Below are positions 45,604-53,717 of a stretch of 53,717 nt of DNA, one piece after another. A model generated the notes under the pieces. The model saw only the letters and a program-made list of their open reading frames with translations, was not told the origin of the DNA and ran no database searches. Where the stretch lies: the NCBI GenBank assembly GCA_028821785.1, contig JAPKFC010000003.1:1-53717 (forward strand). The letters are read 5' to 3'. This stretch comes from Candidatus Poseidoniaceae archaeon. GTDB lineage: Archaea; Thermoplasmatota; Poseidoniia; Poseidoniales; Poseidoniaceae. Each line of letters starts with the position of its first letter. Position 1 is the first letter of the stretch. The position numbers and the translations under genes were made by a program.

Positions 45604-46857
45604 TCAGTACCCCCTAACCTGCATTAATGCCTGTGACAAATCCATGTCTGGCATCCAATCAATAACCTGTGCACCAGAACCTGCTAATGTCGTTAAACGG
45701 TTCTGCCTTTCTAATTTTAGAACTTCGTATGACATTCTTGGAATTCTTGAAACCAATCTTTCAAAGTCGATACTAGATGGACTTAGAACTGTTACTTCGT
45801 GTCCTCGTCCAACTAAATCACGTACTGCTGCGGGAACTGTTCCATCCCCTTCACAACTTGAAATTATGAATACAGGAGATCCTCTACTGAATCTTCCGCT
45901 AAGAGAATTAGTAACTGCTTGTAAAGGCATATTTCCTTTTGGAGTTACACCCGCAAGTGCACTCAAAATCTTGAAATATTGCTTGTCGCCTGTGTCTGGA
46001 GGTAAGTAGGATAGTTCATCGCCATATATTGCCAAAGCAACTGAATCTCTGCGATGCAAGAAGAATGATGCTAAACTGGCAGATGAGACACAGCTCATTT
46101 CCAGTGGATTTTTTAGAACTGTTCCAATTCGTGCAACATCTCGACTATCGAGTAATATGTACAAATCGGTTACTGCATCTCTACACTTTTCATTGACCAT
46201 TAATTCACCAGTACGTGCATATGCCTTCCAATTGATATTCTTGAATGGGTCTCCAGGAACATATTCACGCAAAGAATAGAATTCAGAACCTTGACCTGGG
46301 ATTCTTAGTGTTGTTGCACCAGTATACATCTTAGGTGTGCGAGAACGAAGGAATGCTTCTTCAATATCTTTTATTTGAGGGAAGATAACTATGTCGGAAT
46401 GATGGTCGACATACATTTCTTCAACCCCTAGATTGAATGTATTCTTGGCTCTAAGTGAGACTGGACCAATAGAATAATGCCCACGCAGTGGACATCTTAG
46501 AACATAACGAATACGAGCACTTTCACCAGGGCGTAAGTTCAAACGCATCTGATTTAAGCCACTGCGCAATTTCATTTCATGAGGAATATTATCGTATACT
46601 TCTAGCAACTGAGTCTTACGGTTACTACGGTTAGTGATTAGAAGTTCAACATAGAGATCGTCACCTTTGTACAAATTGTCGGCACTCAATTTTCTTTGAA
46701 CTTCGACATCACCATGTCCAGAAATCCATGAATTGACAACAATGAATGCTACAAAGGCAAATCCTAAAATCATCATTTGATGATTTGAGATCATCATACC
46801 AATCAGAATGAGGGCAATTCCCCCGGTAAATGTGAATGCTGCTTTACGAGTCCACAT
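45604..46857 (-). CDS. DUF58 family protein (MoxR-associated, vWA-like)
   Basis: N-terminal TMs; GSEFYSLREYVPGDPFKNINWKAYAR, ILLDSR (MIDAS-like), PPDTG and IISS motifs. Confidence 0.9.
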   Translation of the reverse strand: MWTRKAAFTFTGGIALILIGMMISNHQMMILGFAFVAFIVVNSWISGHGDVEVQRKLSADNLYKGDDLYVELLITNRSNRKTQLLEVYDNIPHEMKLRSGLNQMRLNLRPGESARIRYVLRCPLRGHYSIGPVSLRAKNTFNLGVEEMYVDHHSDIVIFPQIKDIEEAFLRSRTPKMYTGATTLRIPGQGSEFYSLREYVPGDPFKNINWKAYARTGELMVNEKCRDAVTDLYILLDSRDVARIGTVLKNPLEMSCVSSASLASFFLHRRDSVALAIYGDELSYLPPDTGDKQYFKILSALAGVTPKGNMPLQAVTNSLSGRFSRGSPVFIISSCEGDGTVPAAVRDLVGRGHEVTVLSPSSIDFERLVSRIPRMSYEVLKLERQNRLTTLAGSGAQVIDWMPDMDLSQALMQVRGY

Positions 46858-48477
46858 TCAAATCACCTCAGTCCTGCCCCAAGCCTTGATTCTTTTAACC
46901 AAAGCAACGGTTTGTTCTAATGAATATTTACTTTTCGAGTCAATTGCAAATTTAGCAAGCACAGGGTCATTGATTAGCCCAACTAATTCTCTTGCGGGCA
47001 AAGCATGGAACTCCTCCCTCGTCAATCCATTTTGATTACGTATTTTTGACAAGAAAACTTGGTGTATCTTTTCTACTTTAGAATAATAAACATACCTATT
47101 AGCATCTCCAAAGCCGTAGTAAATAATACTGAATACGTGCCTCCATGGCTCAGGGTCACGCTTTTTGATAAGTACTGCTTCAAATGCAACAAACAATAGC
47201 AGGAATAGAATTAGCATAGCCAATCCTTCTCCTGTAAAGTATACAAGTAAGAAATAAACGGTGTTATACGAATCTGCGAGAAGGGCATTTTGAGGGTGCC
47301 TTGATTCATCGAAGATTACCATAGCATTGTCCGATGCCTGACCTTCTTCGCCAATTTTTGTACTCATTAGAGACTCTGCAATTACATCCAATGCCCACTT
47401 ACGGTTGTCATTATCTGGAATTAAATTACTCACATCCCCATACTTGCCATCATTGAATCCTTGATAGTCATACATTGCATTCATCAGGGCTGAACCGTCA
47501 GCAACAAAGATGATTTTTCCACCATCATTTGGATCACAAGTTGAACGAGCGCATGCTTCTATGCTGAGATTGAATTGACCCCACAAATCCGGTGTCTCGG
47601 TTGTAACTTCACTACCAACCCAAATTTCCCCATCTCCGTTTACATCAACTGTTGCCTCATTACTTGTAACAGCACGAATAGCAACTTCTGGAAGTGCCCC
47701 TTGAACACCAGGCATTATTTCCAATCCAGTGATATTGTTTAGAAGTAATTTGTAAGATGGGTCAAAATTTACAACACCATTATTCCAGTGATGACCACAA
47801 ATTCCGGCAGCCTCTAAGGTCATTGAATTTCCATCCAGTGATTTACAAGGATGTGTTCCTTCTCCGTTTTCACCACCCCACCTTTCGTGTTGTGTAACGG
47901 TATCAAGGTCTATTTCAGTACCATTCATTCCACATGGATTTGCTTGTACACACATCCAAATATAATTGAAATCAAGTTCGGTTGCATAAGTTGTATCAAA
48001 TAACTGATAACCATTGTAACGCACTCCGAATGCTTCAGCTATAGTTCCTGCAAATCCGAAGTCTTCAAGAATTAATGCCGTTCCTCCAGCTTCAACAAAT
48101 TCTACTATTGCTATCACTTCAGAAGGTGAATAACCATCATCGGTTGAGATTGTAATAAATCCATCATCATCAAATTGAGGTAGTGAGAGTGTATCTCTTT
48201 CTACACCTGCAACGACGAATGTGGTATTTCTTGGATCTTCAATATCCGCTAGTAACAATGGAGACGAAACCAATGAACGTGTATCAATTCCCATTTCATT
48301 CAAATCTTCTCTAAAGGCCGACATATCATTCCAATCATCATCGTATGCTGATAATTGATTTGTATTTGAGATGTTAACAAAATTTAGCAATATAGTCATC
48401 AATAGCATAGAAAGTACAAACCAAAAAGCGACTTGTAATCCGAGCCTTCGATAATTCAATTTGCTAAGTTCAACCAT
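46858..48477 (-). CDS. DUF4350-like membrane-anchored extracellular protein
   Basis: N-terminal TM; YDDDWNDMSAFR, FVEAGGTALILEDFG, GKIIFVAD, DNRKWA and IFDESRH; C-terminal TM. Start moved to 48477. Confidence 0.7.
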   Translation of the reverse strand: MVELSKLNYRRLGLQVAFWFVLSMLLMTILLNFVNISNTNQLSAYDDDWNDMSAFREDLNEMGIDTRSLVSSPLLLADIEDPRNTTFVVAGVERDTLSLPQFDDDGFITISTDDGYSPSEVIAIVEFVEAGGTALILEDFGFAGTIAEAFGVRYNGYQLFDTTYATELDFNYIWMCVQANPCGMNGTEIDLDTVTQHERWGGENGEGTHPCKSLDGNSMTLEAAGICGHHWNNGVVNFDPSYKLLLNNITGLEIMPGVQGALPEVAIRAVTSNEATVDVNGDGEIWVGSEVTTETPDLWGQFNLSIEACARSTCDPNDGGKIIFVADGSALMNAMYDYQGFNDGKYGDVSNLIPDNDNRKWALDVIAESLMSTKIGEEGQASDNAMVIFDESRHPQNALLADSYNTVYFLLVYFTGEGLAMLILFLLLFVAFEAVLIKKRDPEPWRHVFSIIYYGFGDANRYVYYSKVEKIHQVFLSKIRNQNGLTREEFHALPARELVGLINDPVLAKFAIDSKSKYSLEQTVALVKRIKAWGRTEVI

Positions 48478-48634
48478 AATCTCACCTACTAGAGCATAAT
48501 TCCGACAAAGCCACGCAAGCATATTGGTTTAGAAGGTTGCCCACACTTGAGAGAATAATGCTCAACTCTACCATTCCCTCACAACACTGTAAAAGTGCTA
48601 AAAAACATATTTAAACAGTATTTTTAGAGATGAT

Positions 48635-48874
48635 TCAGCGAGTCAGATGGACTTTAGTTGCAATCCTTGATACTTCAGCCACAGGCACACTTACAATTCC
48701 ATCCTTGGCAACCCAAGGTAGTAACTCAGCATCAAGATCCATACCAATTTTTACTAGAAATTCTGTTATTGCCCCTAACTGATTATCAAAAACAATATCA
48801 ATTAATTGCCCGAGAACTTCGCCGTGAGAGTCGACAACTTCTCTTCCAATTAACTCTCGACCAAAGATTGCCAT
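48635..48874 (-). CDS. PRC-barrel domain protein
   Basis: ELIGREVVDSHGEVLGQLIDIVFDNQLGAI ... VSVPV ... RIATKV matches the PRC-barrel pattern. Confidence 0.85.
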   Translation of the reverse strand: MAIFGRELIGREVVDSHGEVLGQLIDIVFDNQLGAITEFLVKIGMDLDAELLPWVAKDGIVSVPVAEVSRIATKVHLTR

Positions 48875-48947
48875 ATGCCTCACTTGCTCCGTAATATCCC
48901 AACGGGGGGATGAACTCCTTCAATGCGTCGCCAGCAAGTAGCCTAAA

Positions 48948-51173
48948 TCACATGGTTTCCATGCCGAATCCATTGTCACGAGTACGCTTGATATTAGATA
49001 ATCCAGAAGTCAAACGCTCCTCCATCTTTTGGTAATACTGTAGCATTTCATGGGTAACTGTTGGACGGACACGAGAAATTGCTTCCTCGAAGTGTGATTT
49101 GGTTACCTTCTTCTTGTTAGCCCGCATTGCAATCAATCCTGCTTCACGGCATACTGCTTCAATGTCGGCACCAGTGAATCCATCCAATCCACCAATAATA
49201 TCCTTAATAGAGAACTTACTCAATGGCATTTCACTGATATGTATATTGAAAATTTGTTCTATTGCCTCAGCATCCGGTGGTGGAATATGCAATACACGCT
49301 CAAAGCGACCACTGCGAAGTAATGCAGGGTCGATCATCTCTGGCCTATTTGTTGCTGCGATGACGATAACACCGTCTAATGAGTCAACACCATCCATGCT
49401 GGCCAATAATTGATTGACCACGCGATTTGAAACATCGCTTCCATCTGAAGAAGAGCCTGAGCGCATGCTAGCAATGGATTCAAATTCATCTAAGAAGATA
49501 ATTGCCGGTGCAGATTGCTTTGCTTTCTTGAAAATTTCTCGCACTGCACGTTCAGATTCTCCGACCCACTTTGAAATCATTTCAGGACCTTTAATACTGA
49601 TGAAATTTGCTTGGGCTTCGTTTGCAACTGCCTTAGCAAGTAATGTTTTTCCAGTTCCTGGTGCGCCAAATAGCACAATACCGCGGGGTGGTTTTATTCC
49701 GAAATGTTTGAATTGTTCTGGCTTGGTTAGTGGCCATTCAACCGATTCCTTGAGCCTATCCTTAACCTCTTTGAGACCGCCAACTTCTTCCCAAGTAACC
49801 TTAGGAATTTCAACATATATTTCACGCAATGCAGAAGGTTCTATGTCTTTGATTGCGCCTTTGAAATCATTCATTCTAACTTCCATCTTTTCCAAAACCT
49901 CTGGTGGAATCGTCTCTTCTTCCAAATCCATTTCTGGCAAATAGCGACGTAGTGCAAGCATTGCTGATTCACGAACTAAAGCTGCAAGATCTGCTCCAAC
50001 GAAACCATATGTATTGTCTAGAATCCAATTTACATCAAAGTCTTCTGAAATCGGCATTCCGCGAATGTGAACATCCATTATCTCGTTTCGGCCTTCTCTA
50101 TCTGGAACGCCTATCTCAATCTCTCTATCAAAACGTCCTGGTCTCCTAAGAGCGGGGTCCAACGCATCTCTACGATTTGTTGCACCGATAACGACGACAT
50201 TGTCTCGCCCTTGCATACCATCCATTAGAGTAAGCATCTGAGCAACGACTCTTCTTTCTACTTCACCGCTAACCTCTTCTCTCTTAGGACAGATTGAATC
50301 TATTTCGTCAATGAAAATAATCGCTGGTGCATTTTCACTTGCTTCATCGAATATCTCACGCAATTGTTTCTCAGATTCACCGTAATACTTGGAGATGATC
50401 TCAGGACCGTTAATAATTTTGAAATGTGCGTTTACTTCTGTGGCAACCGCCTTTGCAATCATGGTTTTCCCTGTACCCGGGGGTCCGTGCAATAGAACTC
50501 CTTTTGGAGGGTCAATTCCCAAACGACGGAATAACTCAGGGTGCTTTAGAGGCAATTCAATCATCTCTCTAACCTTAAGCAATTGTTGGCCTATACCTCC
50601 AACATCCTCATAGGTGATTCCCCCGGTCTGGCCAACATCTTCAGCTTCCAACGGTTCATCTTTGATGACAATATCAGTTTCAAGTGTAACCTTGACAATA
50701 CCTTTTGGAGTTGTGCTCAATACAGCAAAGGGAAGTGCCTCGGCGAACATTGTCATTCCTGGAATAAAAATTCTATCACCTTTAACGACTGGGCGCTTGG
50801 ATAATCCTCTACGAGCAAAACCTTCAATTCCATGACCGAATTTAACCTTCTGTTTATTCGCCATCACTGGAGAAAGTGTCAATTTGGTACATTCCTTTGC
50901 CTCAACTTTGGAAACTGTTACCGCATCGCCCAAACTGACTCCTGCATTTTTTCTAACCATTCCATCGACACGAATTAAATCCATCTTTTCATCTTCAGGT
51001 CTGCTTCGCCAATAAATTGCACCGGTAGAACGTTCTTCACCCTTGATTTCAACGATATCGCCTGGTTTTAATCCAAGCGCGTTTCCACCAGAAATACGAG
51101 CTCTACCGTGAGCAACATCGGATGGTATTGCTTTTGAAACGCGTAATGTAATTGAATCCTTTTTATCTGCCAT
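48948..51173 (-). CDS. cdc48: CDC48/VAT AAA+ ATPase
   Basis: N domain plus two AAA modules ([25 protein letters not shown] and [24 protein letters not shown]); pore loops KYYG and KWVG. Confidence 0.96.
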   Translation of the reverse strand: MADKKDSITLRVSKAIPSDVAHGRARISGGNALGLKPGDIVEIKGEERSTGAIYWRSRPEDEKMDLIRVDGMVRKNAGVSLGDAVTVSKVEAKECTKLTLSPVMANKQKVKFGHGIEGFARRGLSKRPVVKGDRIFIPGMTMFAEALPFAVLSTTPKGIVKVTLETDIVIKDEPLEAEDVGQTGGITYEDVGGIGQQLLKVREMIELPLKHPELFRRLGIDPPKGVLLHGPPGTGKTMIAKAVATEVNAHFKIINGPEIISKYYGESEKQLREIFDEASENAPAIIFIDEIDSICPKREEVSGEVERRVVAQMLTLMDGMQGRDNVVVIGATNRRDALDPALRRPGRFDREIEIGVPDREGRNEIMDVHIRGMPISEDFDVNWILDNTYGFVGADLAALVRESAMLALRRYLPEMDLEEETIPPEVLEKMEVRMNDFKGAIKDIEPSALREIYVEIPKVTWEEVGGLKEVKDRLKESVEWPLTKPEQFKHFGIKPPRGIVLFGAPGTGKTLLAKAVANEAQANFISIKGPEMISKWVGESERAVREIFKKAKQSAPAIIFLDEFESIASMRSGSSSDGSDVSNRVVNQLLASMDGVDSLDGVIVIAATNRPEMIDPALLRSGRFERVLHIPPPDAEAIEQIFNIHISEMPLSKFSIKDIIGGLDGFTGADIEAVCREAGLIAMRANKKKVTKSHFEEAISRVRPTVTHEMLQYYQKMEERLTSGLSNIKRTRDNGFGMETM

Positions 51174-51422
51174 AGTTAATCACCATACTGTTTCAAGCAC
51201 GCCGACAGTATACAAAGACACTTCCGACCGCTCTCAACAAACCTCTCTGTTTCTGCGAACCACCTTAAACTCTCACATTCTCCACTTTGCTTTTTTTGAC
51301 CGAAAATCATTGCAAATTAGATAGTCATATTCAATAAGCCACCGCCGATGGCCAACAATATGGTTCATGTATTAGAAACCGGAATAGAGATTTTATCAAC
51401 TGAAAACCCTCATGGAAAACCT

Positions 51423-52988
51423 ATGGTAAAGGGCTACAACATCATCAATGGGCAATTAACCTCATCTAGTGATGGAACAACTTTCACTTCCATAAATCCA
51501 GCAATATTGGCAGACACTCTTGGAGAGTTCCCTCTATCGACTAAAGCTGATGTGAACGCTGCTTTGGATGCTGCGCATGCCGCCTTCCCAAGTTGGGCGG
51601 CGACACCTGCTCCAACACGCGGACAAATAATTGGTAACATGGGCAGACTCCTAATGGATAACAAAGATGCTATTGTTGCACTTGAAACTAGAGAGATCGG
51701 AAAAACATTGAAAGAAGCCGCTGGATCTGTTCAAGAAGCGATTGATACCTGTTTGTTTTTCCAGTCAGAAGGACGAAGGTTGTACGGCCAAACCGTAAAT
51801 TCAGAACTACCTGACAAAGAATTGTTCACCTACAGAAGACCTTTGGGTGTCTGTGGAATTATCAACGCATGCAATTTCCCTGCTGCAGTTCCTTTCTGGA
51901 AGATGATCCCTGCTATCATGTGCGGCAATACCTGTGTTTGGAAGAGTCCGCAAGATGCGCCACTACTTTCATTCGCATTAGCCCGAATTATGCACGAATC
52001 CGGATTACCTGATGGAGTTATCAATTTAGTTCATGGTAAGGGTTCAACCACTGGTCAACATTTAGTCGATGCAGTAGATGAAGGAAAGGTCAACAAAATC
52101 TCATTCACCGGTTCAACTGCTGTTGGAAAGATGATCGGTGAAGTATGTGGACGCAATCTAGTATCCGCATCTCTTGAATTGGGTGGAAAGAATCCACTTG
52201 TCGTTATGCCGAGTGCAGATATTGACAATGCTGTTGAAGGTGCATATTGGGGTGGATTTGGAACCGCTGGACAAAGATGTACAAGTCTTGGAAATTTAAT
52301 TCTGCACAAGGATATTTACGATGAATTTATGGAAAAATTCATGGCCAAGGTAAAGAGTACTACAATCGGCGATTCCCTTCATCAAGAAGGAGTATTGTAC
52401 GGCCCTATGCTATCTGAAAAGTATGCTAGAGATTTCCTAACTGGAGTTGACATGTGCAATGCTTCGGGTGCCCGCCAAATTTGGGGTAAAGGTAGAATCA
52501 CTAACGATAACAAACCTGAAAACTTCCTTGGCGATGCTACTGAAGGTGTTTTCATGTGGCCACACGTTTTCGATAATGTAACCGAAGGCATGGAATGTTT
52601 CAACGAAGAGGTGTTCGGACCTGCGGTAACAATTTGTAAAGCGGATGATTTCGAGCACGGATTACATTTGGCAAACGCTAGCCCATACGGTCTATCTTCT
52701 GCAATTTACACCAATGACAGATTAGAAGCATACCGCTTCAAGACTGGAATTAAGGCTGGAATGACCGGCATCAACAATTCAACTACTGGTGCAGAAGCAC
52801 ACTTGCCTTTCGGTGGAGTAAAGGGTAGCGGAAATGGAACTCGTGAATCTGGTATTTGGGTAATCGAAGCATACTCGTACTGGCATGCAGTCAATGATGA
52901 ATTATCTGGAAAGTTACAACTGGCTCAAATGGATGTTGAAGAAATCGAAATGGTCGAGGCCGATGTCGACTACTCCGCTCTCGGTTGA
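51423..52988 (+). CDS. Aldehyde dehydrogenase family protein
   Basis: INACNFP, WKSPQ, FTGST, LELGGKNP, GQRCTS, EEVFGP and PFGGVKGSG motifs. Start uncertain (51348, 51360 or 51423). Confidence 0.92.
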   Translation: MVKGYNIINGQLTSSSDGTTFTSINPAILADTLGEFPLSTKADVNAALDAAHAAFPSWAATPAPTRGQIIGNMGRLLMDNKDAIVALETREIGKTLKEAAGSVQEAIDTCLFFQSEGRRLYGQTVNSELPDKELFTYRRPLGVCGIINACNFPAAVPFWKMIPAIMCGNTCVWKSPQDAPLLSFALARIMHESGLPDGVINLVHGKGSTTGQHLVDAVDEGKVNKISFTGSTAVGKMIGEVCGRNLVSASLELGGKNPLVVMPSADIDNAVEGAYWGGFGTAGQRCTSLGNLILHKDIYDEFMEKFMAKVKSTTIGDSLHQEGVLYGPMLSEKYARDFLTGVDMCNASGARQIWGKGRITNDNKPENFLGDATEGVFMWPHVFDNVTEGMECFNEEVFGPAVTICKADDFEHGLHLANASPYGLSSAIYTNDRLEAYRFKTGIKAGMTGINNSTTGAEAHLPFGGVKGSGNGTRESGIWVIEAYSYWHAVNDELSGKLQLAQMDVEEIEMVEADVDYSALG

Positions 52989-53049
52989 GATAGGCATAGG
53001 CATATTATCAAAAGCCTAAGTCACTAGGGCAATATATAGGGGAATTGTT

Positions 53050-53717
53050 GTGGTTGAAGCAAGACATCTACCGATGGAAAGAGGATTAGGGAAAACAGAT
53101 CGTATCGACGATTGGTGGAAGTCTCCACTGGCAATGGCAATCTATCTCGGGATTGCTGTCATGTATGCTACATGGCGCGGATTCATGGAAGCAGATTTCT
53201 GGATTTTTGAAGAGTTCGGAAGGTCTGCTGGAAACCAAACTATGGCTATTGAGGCCAATGGCAGCCATGTTCTTTCACCTTTGTTTTCTCCACTAGTAGT
53301 TCCTGGTGAAGATGGTCTTGGTTCTTGGGTTCCTGAGAGCCTTTGGTGGATGAGTCCGGCAATGTTCATATTGATTATTCCTGCTGGATTCCGTGGCACT
53401 TGTTACTATTATCGTAAGGCATACTACCGCTCATTTATGGTAAGCCCTGCAGCATGTGCAGTAAGTACACCATTTGGTGACTACAAAGGAGAGAGCAGAC
53501 TCTTTTTATTCCAGAATATTCATCGCTACTTCATGTATCTTGCAGTTGCATATCTCTTCGTATTATCATATGATGTATTATTGGCAACACAATTCCATGC
53601 TACTGGAAGTGCTACTTCCTATGGAGTGTCAGTAGGAACTCTTGTCCTTCTTCTAAACGTAATAATGCTTGGCGGATATACACTTGGTTGTCATTCCTTC
53701 CGTCACGCAATCGGCGG
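53050..53717 (+). CDS. Succinate dehydrogenase membrane anchor of the Sdh1/type F class (Rv0249c-like), 3'-truncated by the window end
   Basis: Hand translation (not in track): ...PAGFRGTCYYYRKAYYRSF..SPAACAV...YKGESR..LFQNIHRYF...GGYTLGCHSFRH. Open frame to the window end; GTG at 53050 or ATG at 53074. Confidence 0.82.
   Translation, partial: MVEARHLPMERGLGKTDRIDDWWKSPLAMAIYLGIAVMYATWRGFMEADFWIFEEFGRSAGNQTMAIEANGSHVLSPLFSPLVVPGEDGLGSWVPESLWWMSPAMFILIIPAGFRGTCYYYRKAYYRSFMVSPAACAVSTPFGDYKGESRLFLFQNIHRYFMYLAVAYLFVLSYDVLLATQFHATGSATSYGVSVGTLVLLLNVIMLGGYTLGCHSFRHAIG

Noticed and set aside
49099-50835. + strand ORFs (up to 176 aa) opposite cdc48
   Set aside because: Typical antisense mirror ORFs of a conserved gene. 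The same applies to 23912-24361, 29403-29915, 42640-43089 and similar track entries.
1-53717. CRISPR arrays, IS elements, rRNA, frameshifted pseudogenes, recoded stops
   Set aside because: No regularly spaced repeats, transposase motifs, rRNA-like segments or split genes seen; all recognised enzymes have continuous frames.

Overview
This window is a gene-dense, roughly 40% GC (estimated by eye) chromosomal segment of an archaeon, most likely Marine Group II (Ca. Poseidoniales, Thermoplasmatota). Archaeal markers are Bud32, a thermosome subunit, CDC48/VAT, PyrI, TtuA/Ncs6 and TATA-type promoters. They sit alongside DnaK, several bacterial-type enzymes and large acidic membrane-anchored secreted proteins. 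About 44 CDSs and one tRNA-Gly(GCC) are supported. No integrase, IS, CRISPR array or rRNA is visible. The last gene (53050->53717) is absent from the ORF track because it runs off the window; it looks like a mycobacterial Sdh1-type succinate dehydrogenase anchor. The most notable candidates are: (1) a Mrp/ApbC Fe-S carrier ATPase with no cysteine, whose CPxC motif is replaced by a 36-aa Ig-like insert, encoded directly upstream of a four-Cys DUF971 protein; (2) a roadblock/LC7 operon with a giant PATAN-like/roadblock/PATAN-like/coiled-coil protein and no GTPase partner, near a PRC-barrel gene and CDC48; (3) a speB-speD-like-dhs-like operon that may make homospermidine; (4) a eukaryote-like CTP synthase and a Bacteroidota-like HMG-CoA synthase; (5) structured leaders or palindromes upstream of thrS, the PAP2 fusion gene and the roadblock operon. 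Family assignments come from motif recognition by eye, without database searches. Several start codons were moved inward from the ORF track.
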